Virus record (IMG/VR): IMGVR_UViG_651324008_000005
Location: 2,777-66,776 of that record
DNA: 64,000 nucleotides
Origin: a virus
Lineage: Duplodnaviria; Caudoviricetes
Reading direction: 5' to 3' (one strand)
A program made the position numbers and the translations under genes. The notes under the pieces are model-generated. The model made no database searches. It saw only the letters and a program-made list of their open reading frames with translations, and had not been told where the DNA came from. Positions 45,630-53,760 of this stretch are shown here, piece after piece (positions within the stretch are counted from its first letter, which is position 1; every line of letters starts with the position of its first letter).

Positions 45630-46088
45630 ATGATTAGATTTCTCCGGGGTACGATTCTTATGGCTTCGATCGCCCTGCCGGCTACGGCTGGAGCGTTCGG
45701 AAACGACGATCGATGGGAGTCCGGATGGGGCATGGGTGTCAAAGAGGCTATCATCACCCGTGGAGCTGGTAACCGGATATACGTCACATGTGACGATGGT
45801 GCTGCCAGGGATGCCACCGCTATATCGTTCATGGTCGGCGGCGATAGCCCTAAGGGGAGTTCTGTTCAGTTGACATTCGATGGAGAAGCGCCGGAAGATT
45901 ATTCGCTATGGGACGGCGAAATTAAATCGAACTGCCATGCGTGCGCCTCGACCTATGATGCGATTATAAACAAGCTGAAATCTCATAGGTTTGTGCACGT
46001 GAAATTTCAAAACGGAAACGCGGCGAAATTTTCGTTAAATGGGTCAACTAGAGCGATTGGCCAGTGCGTGGCAGATTTCTACCGGTGA
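45630..46088 (+). CDS. Exported protein with signal peptide
   Basis: MIRFLRGTILMASIALPATAGA signal peptide; CxxC (NCHAC). Confidence 0.75.
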   Translation: MIRFLRGTILMASIALPATAGAFGNDDRWESGWGMGVKEAIITRGAGNRIYVTCDDGAARDATAISFMVGGDSPKGSSVQLTFDGEAPEDYSLWDGEIKSNCHACASTYDAIINKLKSHRFVHVKFQNGNAAKFSLNGSTRAIGQCVADFYR

Positions 46089-46106
46089 GTTTGAAGGGGG
46101 CAGGTA

Positions 46107-46577
46107 ATGATTAAATTTTTTCGAGGTGCGCTTGTTGTCGCATTTCTCGCAGGTTGCACGTCGACACCGGGTACGATGAATGACGTACATACGGGCGTTA
46201 GCGCCAAACACTCGGCGTACCATTTCGTGCACACAGGTCTTCTCGACAGCTTGAAAGTCGCCACGTTCGTCGGCACGAAGGACAAGCAAACGAAATACGG
46301 TATAGCCACTAGCTATCTGTCCACGGGCCTAGGGTGGGCCTTCTACCAGGAGGCCTGGTCATTCGGAAAAAAACTCTCTTTCAGCATGACCAATGAAAAG
46401 CTGCTAAGTTGCAGCAGTGGGAGCTGCTCCATGCTCGAGGAGGGTGTCATAGAACTGACCAAGGAAGAATTTGAAACCGCCGCGGTGTCAGGTTTTGAGT
46501 TCAAACTCATCGGAAAAAATCGTCAGTTTGTGGTCAAAGTTCCGGCGAAAGCGTTTCAGGAATCCTTGTCACAATAG
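46107..46577 (+). CDS. Lipoprotein (superinfection-exclusion candidate)
   Basis: MIKFFRGALVVAFLAG-C lipobox. Confidence 0.8.
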   Translation: MIKFFRGALVVAFLAGCTSTPGTMNDVHTGVSAKHSAYHFVHTGLLDSLKVATFVGTKDKQTKYGIATSYLSTGLGWAFYQEAWSFGKKLSFSMTNEKLLSCSSGSCSMLEEGVIELTKEEFETAAVSGFEFKLIGKNRQFVVKVPAKAFQESLSQ

Positions 46578-46707
46578 CAAGATTTCTCCGGGGTCTGATT
46601 TTCTCCGAGGGGTGGGTCCGCAGGGGTCAGCTACAGGGGCTGTAAAACTCGTGATATTGGCGCTGTTTTTGGGTTGATATGTAATAACATAACGTGCATG
46701 CCGTTTC

Positions 46708-46795
46708 GGCAGCAGGGCAGCAGGGCAGCAGGGCAGCAGGGCAGCAGGGCAGCAGGGCAGCAGGGCAGCAGGGCAGCAGGGCAGCAGGGCAGCAG
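46708..46795. repeat. Perfect tandem repeat (GGCAGCAG)x11
   Basis: 11 exact 8-bp units counted between convergent genes. Confidence 0.97.
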
Positions 46796-46798
46796 GCA

Positions 46799-46825
46799 AC
46801 AAAAAACCCGCCACAATGGGCGGGC
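46799..46825 (-). terminator. Terminator for the leftward genes
   Basis: A-run plus CCCGCC-acaatg-GGCGGG hairpin. Confidence 0.65.
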
Positions 46826-46845
46826 TGAAGGCGGAACCGGTCGAT

Positions 46846-47043
46846 TTAAACATTCGGCGCATTCGCCTCACTGGCGCGGCGGCGTTTCTCGTCTCGAATC
46901 AATTTCATTTCGGCATACGTTCGTTCGGTTTGGGCTTTGGCGGCTTCAATCGAGCTAGGCCAAACACTATTTACGTGCCATTTCAAAAGCAGTTCTTCGG
47001 CGCGCAATTGGTCGTCTGTCATACCTGAATATTTGTTAGTCAT
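46846..47043 (-). CDS. Hypothetical protein
   Basis: 65 aa; AGGAG RBS. Confidence 0.7.
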   Translation of the reverse strand: MTNKYSGMTDDQLRAEELLLKWHVNSVWPSSIEAAKAQTERTYAEMKLIRDEKRRRASEANAPNV

Positions 47044-47052
47044 GTCCGTCTC

Positions 47053-48228
47053 CTAACTCATTACGTTAGCCAGCAAAGCCGCCCCATACAAAGCAATCCC
47101 AATCGAGACCGGCATGAAATACCATTTGCCGCGCAAGCGTTCCCATAGGCCTGAATCCGGCTTATAGGACACTTCGCTCGATACCGTCGGCACGGTTGCC
47201 GGTTGAACGGCTGGACGCGCCACGCCAACACTATGCAGCGGCTTGGAGCCACGAGACACGGCAACCTTGCAAGCCGGCATAGGCGCGCCGCTGGCGTTCG
47301 GCACGGACACAATAGCTTGCCCGGTTCCAAGCCCCGCAATGTCGGCAGCCGTGATATTGCCCGGCATGGTATCGGCTGCCGCCTTCAATGCCTTTTGGTG
47401 GACTGAAGTCGAGCCGCGCAACGCGTGCTGGATCCTGGTCGCCAGTTGTCCGCTAATGACGTTCGGCAGGTCAGACGGCGCTTGCGTCACATAAATCAGG
47501 CCGACTCCCTTAGATCGAATAAGCCGCGTGATTTGCTCGATACGTTGCACAATGGCAGGGCTTGCGCCGTCGAAAACCAAATGCGCCTCGTCGATCATGA
47601 CCATAAGACCAGGCGTGCCAGCGTCGCCAATTTCACCTAGGCCGCGATAGAGCGACTCCAGCACATGCGCGACAAACGCGCCATAGAGGCCGGGCAGGCG
47701 GGTTAGGTCTGAGACCGCATAAACGGTTATGCCTGCCGTGTCCCTTGGATCATGCCGGGCGCTGCCGAAAGCCCACGCTGCGCCGCGCTCGAGCCGCAAC
47801 ATGGCACGTTGAACGGCAGAAACGGAAACAGGCGATATCAGGCCATAGGAATCGGAAAGGTTCGCCCGCGTGGCGTCGTTCAAGAGCTGTCGCAAGTCCT
47901 GCAGCGTGGCGACGGCGCGACCGGTATCTTCAGCCCATGCAAGAGCAATGGCCAATGCGCCCGCTTGCGCTTCGGATAGATTCAAGGCGCGTGCGATCAA
48001 GTCCGCCCCCAAATCATCGATGCGCATTTGCGGGTATATCAGAGTCGAGCCTAGCGACTCCAAGTCGCCTTTTGCATCCAGCACCAAAACCGGACACGGG
48101 CAGCGTTCCGCGATTGCTCCTAGCGTCGTGGTTTTACCCGTGCCCGTGGCGCCGAAAATGCCGACATGGCGCGACAGATAGCGATAGGGAATCTGTGCGC
48201 CCGGTCCGATGGAAAGGGAATAGGTCAT
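47053..48228 (-). CDS. HerA-like / DUF853 (YjgR-type) P-loop ATPase
   Basis: RHVGIFGATGTGKTTT, VLDAKGDL, MIDEAHLVFD, RLIRSKGVGLIYVTQAPSDLP and QHALRG. Confidence 0.9.
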   Translation of the reverse strand: MTYSLSIGPGAQIPYRYLSRHVGIFGATGTGKTTTLGAIAERCPCPVLVLDAKGDLESLGSTLIYPQMRIDDLGADLIARALNLSEAQAGALAIALAWAEDTGRAVATLQDLRQLLNDATRANLSDSYGLISPVSVSAVQRAMLRLERGAAWAFGSARHDPRDTAGITVYAVSDLTRLPGLYGAFVAHVLESLYRGLGEIGDAGTPGLMVMIDEAHLVFDGASPAIVQRIEQITRLIRSKGVGLIYVTQAPSDLPNVISGQLATRIQHALRGSTSVHQKALKAAADTMPGNITAADIAGLGTGQAIVSVPNASGAPMPACKVAVSRGSKPLHSVGVARPAVQPATVPTVSSEVSYKPDSGLWERLRGKWYFMPVSIGIALYGAALLANVMS

Positions 48229-48443
48229 TTGCCGAAAGCCATATAGAGCATGGCGAGAAATCCGCCCAAACCAAGACCCGTCACAACTGCAAGGGCAAAA
48301 CCGTTAAAGGCGAAACGGTCTTTCTGATAATCATTCTTTTCCGCCACGTATGCCGCATGGTTTTTAATCAATGCGATGACAGCGGGAAAACCGATTGCGC
48401 CAAACATGGCAGCGACAAAAAGCAAGGGGCCGGTATTAGACAT
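48225..48443 (-). CDS. Two-TM small membrane protein
   Basis: Two hydrophobic segments; GAGGAG RBS. Confidence 0.7.
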   Translation of the reverse strand: MSNTGPLLFVAAMFGAIGFPAVIALIKNHAAYVAEKNDYQKDRFAFNGFALAVVTGLGLGGFLAMLYMAFGK

Positions 48444-48468
48444 TGGATAACTCCTCTTGAATCCGTCG

Positions 48469-48495
48469 CAACCGGCTTATTCATACAGCCGGTTG
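48469..48495. terminator. Intergenic hairpin / terminator
   Basis: CAACCGGCT-9 nt-AGCCGGTTG. Confidence 0.6.
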
Positions 48496-48503
48496 AAAGA
48501 GAC

Positions 48504-48725
48504 TCAAGCCGTGGCGTAGTCGCTCATGCTTTGATGAAGGAAAGCGGGCAGGGTGGTTTCATCGCTCGACTCGTCCGCCGCGTCATATTGGTCGCGCCAC
48601 GTGCTGGCGTCGTCTCCCTGCAGAAAGAATTCCCGCCCGTCGGTTTCATTGACGACGGCATAGGCAAGCCCGTTGCCATATGAGGTGATAGAAAACGCGT
48701 CGATTTTCCAAGTTACCTGTTTCAT
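48504..48725 (-). CDS. Hypothetical protein
   Basis: 73 aa, acidic. Confidence 0.7.
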   Translation of the reverse strand: MKQVTWKIDAFSITSYGNGLAYAVVNETDGREFFLQGDDASTWRDQYDAADESSDETTLPAFLHQSMSDYATA

Positions 48726-48728
48726 GGC

Positions 48729-48959
48729 TCAATCCTTATCTTCCCGGTATTCCTGCCGGGCCATATCAAGCGCCATTTCGATTTGAGCGGTCGCACCTTC
48801 AGGCGTCATGCCGCATTCGAGCCGCAAGAAGTGCCAGACGTTGCCGATAAGGTCGCGGGCTTGTGCTGCCGGGTCTTCGCTTTGCGAGCGCGTCGCGAAT
48901 GCGTGAGTTTGAATGCATCCGCTTGCCCATGCCGCCCGTGTAGAATTATTAATATCCAT
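48729..48959 (-). CDS. Hypothetical protein
   Basis: MDINNSTRAAWA... after the conserved AGAGGAATTC leader. Confidence 0.7.
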   Translation of the reverse strand: MDINNSTRAAWASGCIQTHAFATRSQSEDPAAQARDLIGNVWHFLRLECGMTPEGATAQIEMALDMARQEYREDKD

Positions 48960-48987
48960 GGCAGAATTCCTCTTTAAACGTGAAATA

Positions 48988-49593
48988 TTAGGCGTAGCGA
49001 ATGCGAATGATTTTGGTGCTAACCTTGGCCGTGGCGAACGTATCGGACGGCAATGTTTCCAAGGTTTCAGCGTCGGCATGACTGAACGTGACAGGCACAA
49101 GCGCAACCAGGGTTGCGGATTCGGAATGCCCGTTTCTGCCCATGAGTGAGACCGCCGCCGCGATATGCTTTCGAACTTGGCTAAAGGGCGGGTTCATGAT
49201 GATACGCGGGAATTCTACCTTCCCGCACGCATCCGCCGCATATTCGAGAAAGCAGCGGTTGATAACCGGACCGAGTGAGTGAAGACCTTGCGCCAGCTTA
49301 ATGTGACGTTCAACCATGGTCATTTCAAACCGGCTATGACCGGCCGCATAAAGCGCCCGCACCAATTGCCCGGTTCCCGCGCTCGGTTCCAAGGTCAGAT
49401 AGTCACCTTGTGGACCTAGATATTCAACCATGCGCGCCGCCACGTCGTCGGGCGTCACGTGGCATTCGGTGGCTGCGTCTACGGCGAGGGGCTCGGGAAT
49501 GGATCCCGGCTTGATTTCTGCAAAATCGGTTCGGCTTTGAACCGGAACAAACATAGGCTTTGCCGGGCGGGAATAAATTGAAGGCCGCGCCAT
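48988..49593 (-). CDS. Minimal SAM-dependent (N6-adenine, gamma-class-like) methyltransferase
   Basis: Motif I TLEPSAGTG followed by motif IV IIMNPPF; no obvious TRD. Confidence 0.8.
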   Translation of the reverse strand: MARPSIYSRPAKPMFVPVQSRTDFAEIKPGSIPEPLAVDAATECHVTPDDVAARMVEYLGPQGDYLTLEPSAGTGQLVRALYAAGHSRFEMTMVERHIKLAQGLHSLGPVINRCFLEYAADACGKVEFPRIIMNPPFSQVRKHIAAAVSLMGRNGHSESATLVALVPVTFSHADAETLETLPSDTFATAKVSTKIIRIRYA

Positions 49594-50945
49594 TACACGG
49601 ACTCCTTTGACTGCATTTCAGTGTAACTCTCCGGGCGGGCGTGCTCTTTCGAATCTGTCAGAAACACGGCGACCCATGGGCGGGAATAACCCGGACCCTC
49701 ATGAAAGGGATTGGGGCAAATCTTGAAACGATATTCGCCACAAATCGACGTGCGCGTGCCACGGCAATCTGAACTGATTTTACCGTACTGCGCTTTGGTC
49801 ATTTCGACCTGTTGGAATTCCCGCAATTCCTTGCCGTTCCACCCGGCATAGCAATAGAATTTCGGTGCCCGGAAATTGAGAATAGGCGGCAGGGCGTCTT
49901 TCTTCGCTGGCACTTCATAGCCAACGGAATGCATAAGGTCCCGCCATTCGTCTGCCGTCATTTCGAGCGATGCGCCGTCCGCCAAATGAAGCGGCAAAGC
50001 AACTTTGCTTTCAAGCTGGAACGAGTCGCCGTCAACCTTCGTTGCTTGCGGTTTATGGGCGCCATGTTCACGGGCGAACGCCTGAATGATGACCGGCGTA
50101 ACGTCACCTTCAAAGCGCTGGACGGTGCCTAACAATTCCCGCTCATAGCTCAAACGGTTCAAAATATGTTCGATCCAGCGACGGCGCTTGGCACTGTTAA
50201 CGACGCGTTCCGCGCCCGCGATGCAGGCGGCGCGGGCTTCCTGCATGGTCCAGCCTTTTTCACGAATGGTGCTGTGAAGGCTGTACGGCGCAAGAGCGCC
50301 GGTTTCGAGCACACCCATATCAATGGCGGCCTGAATTTGTAAGTCTTCGGTGATTTTCGCCCAAACCTTCAGGCACAGATTTGCATGGTTGATATCGCGC
50401 TGCAGGTCGCGCAATTCGGCCAGCAATGTTTTGATGCGGTTCGCCCGGACTCGCGGGTCGTTTTTCATGTTGGCGTGGCACTCAACGCCTGTAGCGCGAT
50501 AGAGCCAATAATTGGCAGCCTTGGACGCTTTAACTGCATTCGTCATTGCAGAATGCATCCGCTCTTGCGTCTTACGCGCCTTCCGTTCGGAATGATGACC
50601 GACAAGGATAGGCTGCCCCATATAGAACGCTTCTGATAGCTCATTTGCAGCCGCCTGAAATGCGTTTGCCTGTTGCGCCCGCTTGTGAGCGATACCGTCC
50701 AGGCGATCCGCCTTCAGTTGCGCGCGCTCGGCAAGCGTCATCTCTTCAGGTTCAATTTCGCCCGCCAGTTCAAGCGCCAAATCTTCCCGGTCTGGCGTCC
50801 ACTTAGGTGCAACAAAAAGTTCCTGTTTTGGAGCCCACGAAAAACCGGCAGCTTTAACACGTGCATAGGTTTCCGCATCAAGGCGGGTCGACGCGTACAG
50901 GCGCAATTTGTTGTCTTCGGGGCTGTAGGTGGCGGAAATTGTCAT
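49593..50945 (-). CDS. DUF3560-domain protein
   Basis: ATYSPEDNKLRLYA...GFSWAPKQELFVAPKWTP and GQPILVGHHSERKARK. Confidence 0.85.
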   Translation of the reverse strand: MTISATYSPEDNKLRLYASTRLDAETYARVKAAGFSWAPKQELFVAPKWTPDREDLALELAGEIEPEEMTLAERAQLKADRLDGIAHKRAQQANAFQAAANELSEAFYMGQPILVGHHSERKARKTQERMHSAMTNAVKASKAANYWLYRATGVECHANMKNDPRVRANRIKTLLAELRDLQRDINHANLCLKVWAKITEDLQIQAAIDMGVLETGALAPYSLHSTIREKGWTMQEARAACIAGAERVVNSAKRRRWIEHILNRLSYERELLGTVQRFEGDVTPVIIQAFAREHGAHKPQATKVDGDSFQLESKVALPLHLADGASLEMTADEWRDLMHSVGYEVPAKKDALPPILNFRAPKFYCYAGWNGKELREFQQVEMTKAQYGKISSDCRGTRTSICGEYRFKICPNPFHEGPGYSRPWVAVFLTDSKEHARPESYTEMQSKESV

Positions 50946-50973
50946 ATCTCGAATTCCTCTTAAAACGTGAAAG

Positions 50974-51915
50974 TTAGCGCAAAACGACGCGGTCGGCGCC
51001 ATCGTTGAAAGCAGCCTGAAGGCGTTCGTCGCCCGCCCAGAAATAGAGCGTGTCCGCTTCGCCACTTTTGAGGCGTTCCATGCGCTGGAAAATGGTTTCC
51101 CGTTCGCTCAATTCCGCTTTGATGGACGAACGCAGCCGGGCTTTCAGGCTATCGGGCAGGGCGCGCAACGTGGCGCATGCGCCTTTCATGTCGCGGATGG
51201 TCTGGCGAACTGACTCACGGATTGCGGCCAAGTCCTGAAGGCAACCGGCATATTGAGAACCGGCCTGCCATGCGGTTTGATATTCGCGTTCCTTTTCAGC
51301 TTCCGATTCTGCGAAATCATTCGCGGCGCGTGCGGCTTCTTTCTTTGCCGTCTCATGCGCGGATTCAGCCCAATAACCGGGTTTCAGCATGGCGGGCGTC
51401 TGATAACGCTTGCTGATAGTTTCTAGCGCTGTGAACATTTCGTGTTTGAAATTGGACCGGTAAACCGTGGAAAAGTCGACATATGCAGGACCGCCGCAAT
51501 CTGCCGCGCCGTTATCCTCATTGTCATGTGCGGCCACAAAGCGCGCCTTACCGCCACGGCCGGGCAACTGATACACGCAGCCGCGAATCTTGCCGTCTTG
51601 ATGCGGGTCTGTGAACCATCCCGTATGACGGATGGAGTCGCTGATAACGTCGCAATATCCGACGAAACGGAGTCCCATTGCGGCGGGATTCTCGATCCAC
51701 CTGCAACCGCTTTCCGTGCTGCCGTTGGTGACGGGCTTTGCCCATGGGCTGGATGCATACCGGCGTACCGAATTCACAGCGTCACGGCGGGCCTTATCAA
51801 GGGCAGCAACTGCAAACGTCGTCGGAATACCCTTAAGCCCGTCACGGGTAGGGTTCCAACGCGAAAGCGCCGTGGCGCGATGATAGCGATACGCCGATAA
51901 TAATAACTCGTTCAT
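50974..51915 (-). CDS. Hypothetical protein
   Basis: 313 aa; IRHTGWFTD...GCVYQLPGRGG; follows the conserved leader. Confidence 0.8.
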   Translation of the reverse strand: MNELLLSAYRYHRATALSRWNPTRDGLKGIPTTFAVAALDKARRDAVNSVRRYASSPWAKPVTNGSTESGCRWIENPAAMGLRFVGYCDVISDSIRHTGWFTDPHQDGKIRGCVYQLPGRGGKARFVAAHDNEDNGAADCGGPAYVDFSTVYRSNFKHEMFTALETISKRYQTPAMLKPGYWAESAHETAKKEAARAANDFAESEAEKEREYQTAWQAGSQYAGCLQDLAAIRESVRQTIRDMKGACATLRALPDSLKARLRSSIKAELSERETIFQRMERLKSGEADTLYFWAGDERLQAAFNDGADRVVLR

Positions 51916-51947
51916 GGTTGAATTCCTCTTTTAAGTTGAAAGTGTGC

Positions 51948-52040
51948 TTACAGAAAAAGCGGCGCTATGAGCTGGCCGAATTGGAGACCGGCTAACAGAA
52001 CTGCAGGGAGGGCGACGGGTAATAAAAGCGGGTGGATCAT
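51948..52040 (-). CDS. 30-aa hydrophobic peptide
   Basis: MIHPLLLPVALPAVLLAGLQFGQLIAPLFL; AGGTG RBS. Confidence 0.5.
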   Translation of the reverse strand: MIHPLLLPVALPAVLLAGLQFGQLIAPLFL

Positions 52041-52048
52041 GGCGACAC

Positions 52049-52648
52049 CTAAGCGAAGAATTCAGCCGCCTTGGCAATCTGCCATGCGTCATTCCAGAGG
52101 GCCAAATCTGCCGCTTCTTCGGGATTGGTAAGGAATGCCGGTTCCCGCTCGAAAGTGACTTTGAAAGCGTCAAGCATCACCATGTTGGCGTCGCAAAAGT
52201 CATGTGTGTGGCAGGCGGCGGAGTCGTTCCGGTTCAATTCCAGAACGGCGCGAAAGTCCGCACGGCTCAATTCCTCTTGCACCTTGCTACCGAATTCGCG
52301 GGCAAGGCGGATTTTATCCATGGTGACAACGTCCGTTGCATCCAAAGACGGAATGCGTTTCTGCAGGTCGACACGATCAAGCACAGCCTGCCAATCGTTC
52401 GTATCCACCAATGTGAAGAACTCGCCGTCTGCCCGGACCGCTTGCAGAGAGAAACGCGTGGGCGAGTCGGGGAATTCCCGAAGCACTGTATCAGCGTAGT
52501 CTACATACACGTGCCATTGCGGCAGCACTTCAAAGGAAGGGCACGTATCATTGTGCCATGAAATATCCTGCCAATCGTCGGGAATGGCGGGCAGGGTGGA
52601 AAGGTCAAAGTCGGGGAATTCCCGTGCCAAATTGCTGAAGCGTTCCAC
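52049..52648 (-). CDS. Hypothetical protein
   Basis: AAGGAG before GTG 52648; WQDISWHNDTCPSF and CHTHDFCDANMVM. Confidence 0.75.
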   Translation of the reverse strand: MERFSNLAREFPDFDLSTLPAIPDDWQDISWHNDTCPSFEVLPQWHVYVDYADTVLREFPDSPTRFSLQAVRADGEFFTLVDTNDWQAVLDRVDLQKRIPSLDATDVVTMDKIRLAREFGSKVQEELSRADFRAVLELNRNDSAACHTHDFCDANMVMLDAFKVTFEREPAFLTNPEEAADLALWNDAWQIAKAAEFFA

Positions 52649-52661
52649 GTGGTGCGTCTCC

Positions 52662-52850
52662 TTATTCAAACTCGGGGAATATGCCGATTGCGGGGCATTC
52701 CCGTTCCACAAACCATTTGCGTGCCGTCTCTGCCGCCACCACGTCAAAATCACTGACTGTCATCGGCGCTGTGCTAGATTGGACGCGTTTGAAACCGGGC
52801 AGGCGATAGTAGAAATCAGCGCCGTCTTGCTGGACAATCGTCTTTTTCAT
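52662..52850 (-). CDS. Hypothetical protein, first gene of the leftward block
   Basis: 62 aa; GGAG RBS. Confidence 0.6.
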   Translation of the reverse strand: MKKTIVQQDGADFYYRLPGFKRVQSSTAPMTVSDFDVVAAETARKWFVERECPAIGIFPEFE

Positions 52851-52876
52851 TCGCCCGTTCTCCGTTTCGATAATTC

Positions 52877-52930
52877 CAATCTAAACGTGAAATATGCGAA
52901 GCGCAAGAGATATTCACATTAAAAGTGAAA
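52877..52930 (-). promoter_or_regulatory. Two operator-like sites
   Basis: CCAA-tctaaac-GTGAAA and TTCAC-attaaaa-GTGAA (the latter a perfect half-site palindrome). Confidence 0.6.
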
Positions 52931-53064
52931 GTTAGTCTGTTCGGCCTGGTTTCGTGCAGGCGGATATAATGAGGGCCATTGCTGCCCGCCTTCCTGCTTA
53001 CATCATCGACGATACATGTTGCTGCGTCTCAATGCGTCCGTGCGTGTGTTGAGCTGGCATCACT

Positions 53065-53118
53065 GTCTCTATGCGTCTCGTGGCACTGCTACGGGGCAAC
53101 ACGTCTCTATGCGTCTCG
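53065..53118 (+). repeat. 16-bp direct repeat
   Basis: GTCTCTATGCGTCTCG at 53065-80 and 53103-18. Confidence 0.9.
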
Positions 53119-53203
53119 ATAAGGTGCAAATGGGCTGTATCGCATCATGCGATAGGATCAATTATCGCTAAAAGATAAACTAAAACAATAACATAGTGGC
53201 TTT

Positions 53204-53250
53204 GGGTCCTTCCTGGGGGTGGCCTGCGGGGGGCGGGAGACACCGACCGC
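53204..53250 (+). other. Candidate cos site (cosQ/cosN-like)
   Basis: GGGTCCT (identical to lambda cosQ) followed 20 nt later by GGGCGGGAGACA (lambda cohesive end is GGGCGGCGACCT), inside a long non-coding region. Confidence 0.55.
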
Positions 53251-53329
53251 GATTCACGCGCAATTTGAAAATTTCGGCAACGAAACGACTTTTGAGGCGT
53301 AATACTGTAACGTTTGGCAGAGAAAATGG

Positions 53330-53747
53330 GATACAATCGAACAGGGAAACGGCTGATACAGTTGGATTTAGACTGTATCGGGCAACTGTATCGGAAATTT
53401 CCCTTTAAAATCAATGCTTGATACAGTGAGTCAGTCAATACAGTAGGATTCTATATAGTTGTTTATAGAGAGGTATAAGCAGTGCGGAGCACGAACCAGT
53501 GGGAAACGCAAAAAGGGGTAAATAAGGAAAAGATATAGGAATCCGTATGTATTGACTGTATCAACTGTATCGGACGGGATAAGCTACTGATTTTTAATAT
53601 GTATTTGCGATACAGTTGCCCGATACAGTTGCCTTACCCCCTACTGTATCGGTCGTTTCAGGATGCAATACAGCGTATTTTCGGAGTAAATAGGATACAG
53701 CGCATCTCAGCAAAAACCCCGCCGTAGCGGGGTCAAATGCGATACAA
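53330..53747. repeat. Iteron-like cluster (GATACAG/CTGTATC), probable replication origin
   Basis: 10 exact and 4 one-mismatch heptamers in both orientations; ACTGTATCGG five times; AT-rich; adjacent to the primase 3' end. Confidence 0.8.
53712..53733 (-). terminator. Terminator downstream of primase
   Basis: ACCCCGC-cgta-GCGGGGT with a T run on the - strand. Confidence 0.7.
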
Positions 53748-53760
53748 TCCAAGATCGATC

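Noticed and set aside
46708-46795. KOPS or Chi recombination motif array
   Set aside because: The unit does not match GGGNAGGG or GCTGGTGG on either strand.
46569-46958. ORFs with PCCPAALL / QQGSRAAG repeats
   Set aside because: These are translations of the 8-bp VNTR in several frames; no RBS or other coding signal.
53145-53438. Short ORFs in the cos/ori region
   Set aside because: No SD, atypical composition; the region is better explained as non-coding repeats.
53330-53747. Possible mini-CRISPR array
   Set aside because: Repeats are 7-13 bp, in mixed orientation and irregularly spaced; no 25-45 bp repeat-spacer periodicity.
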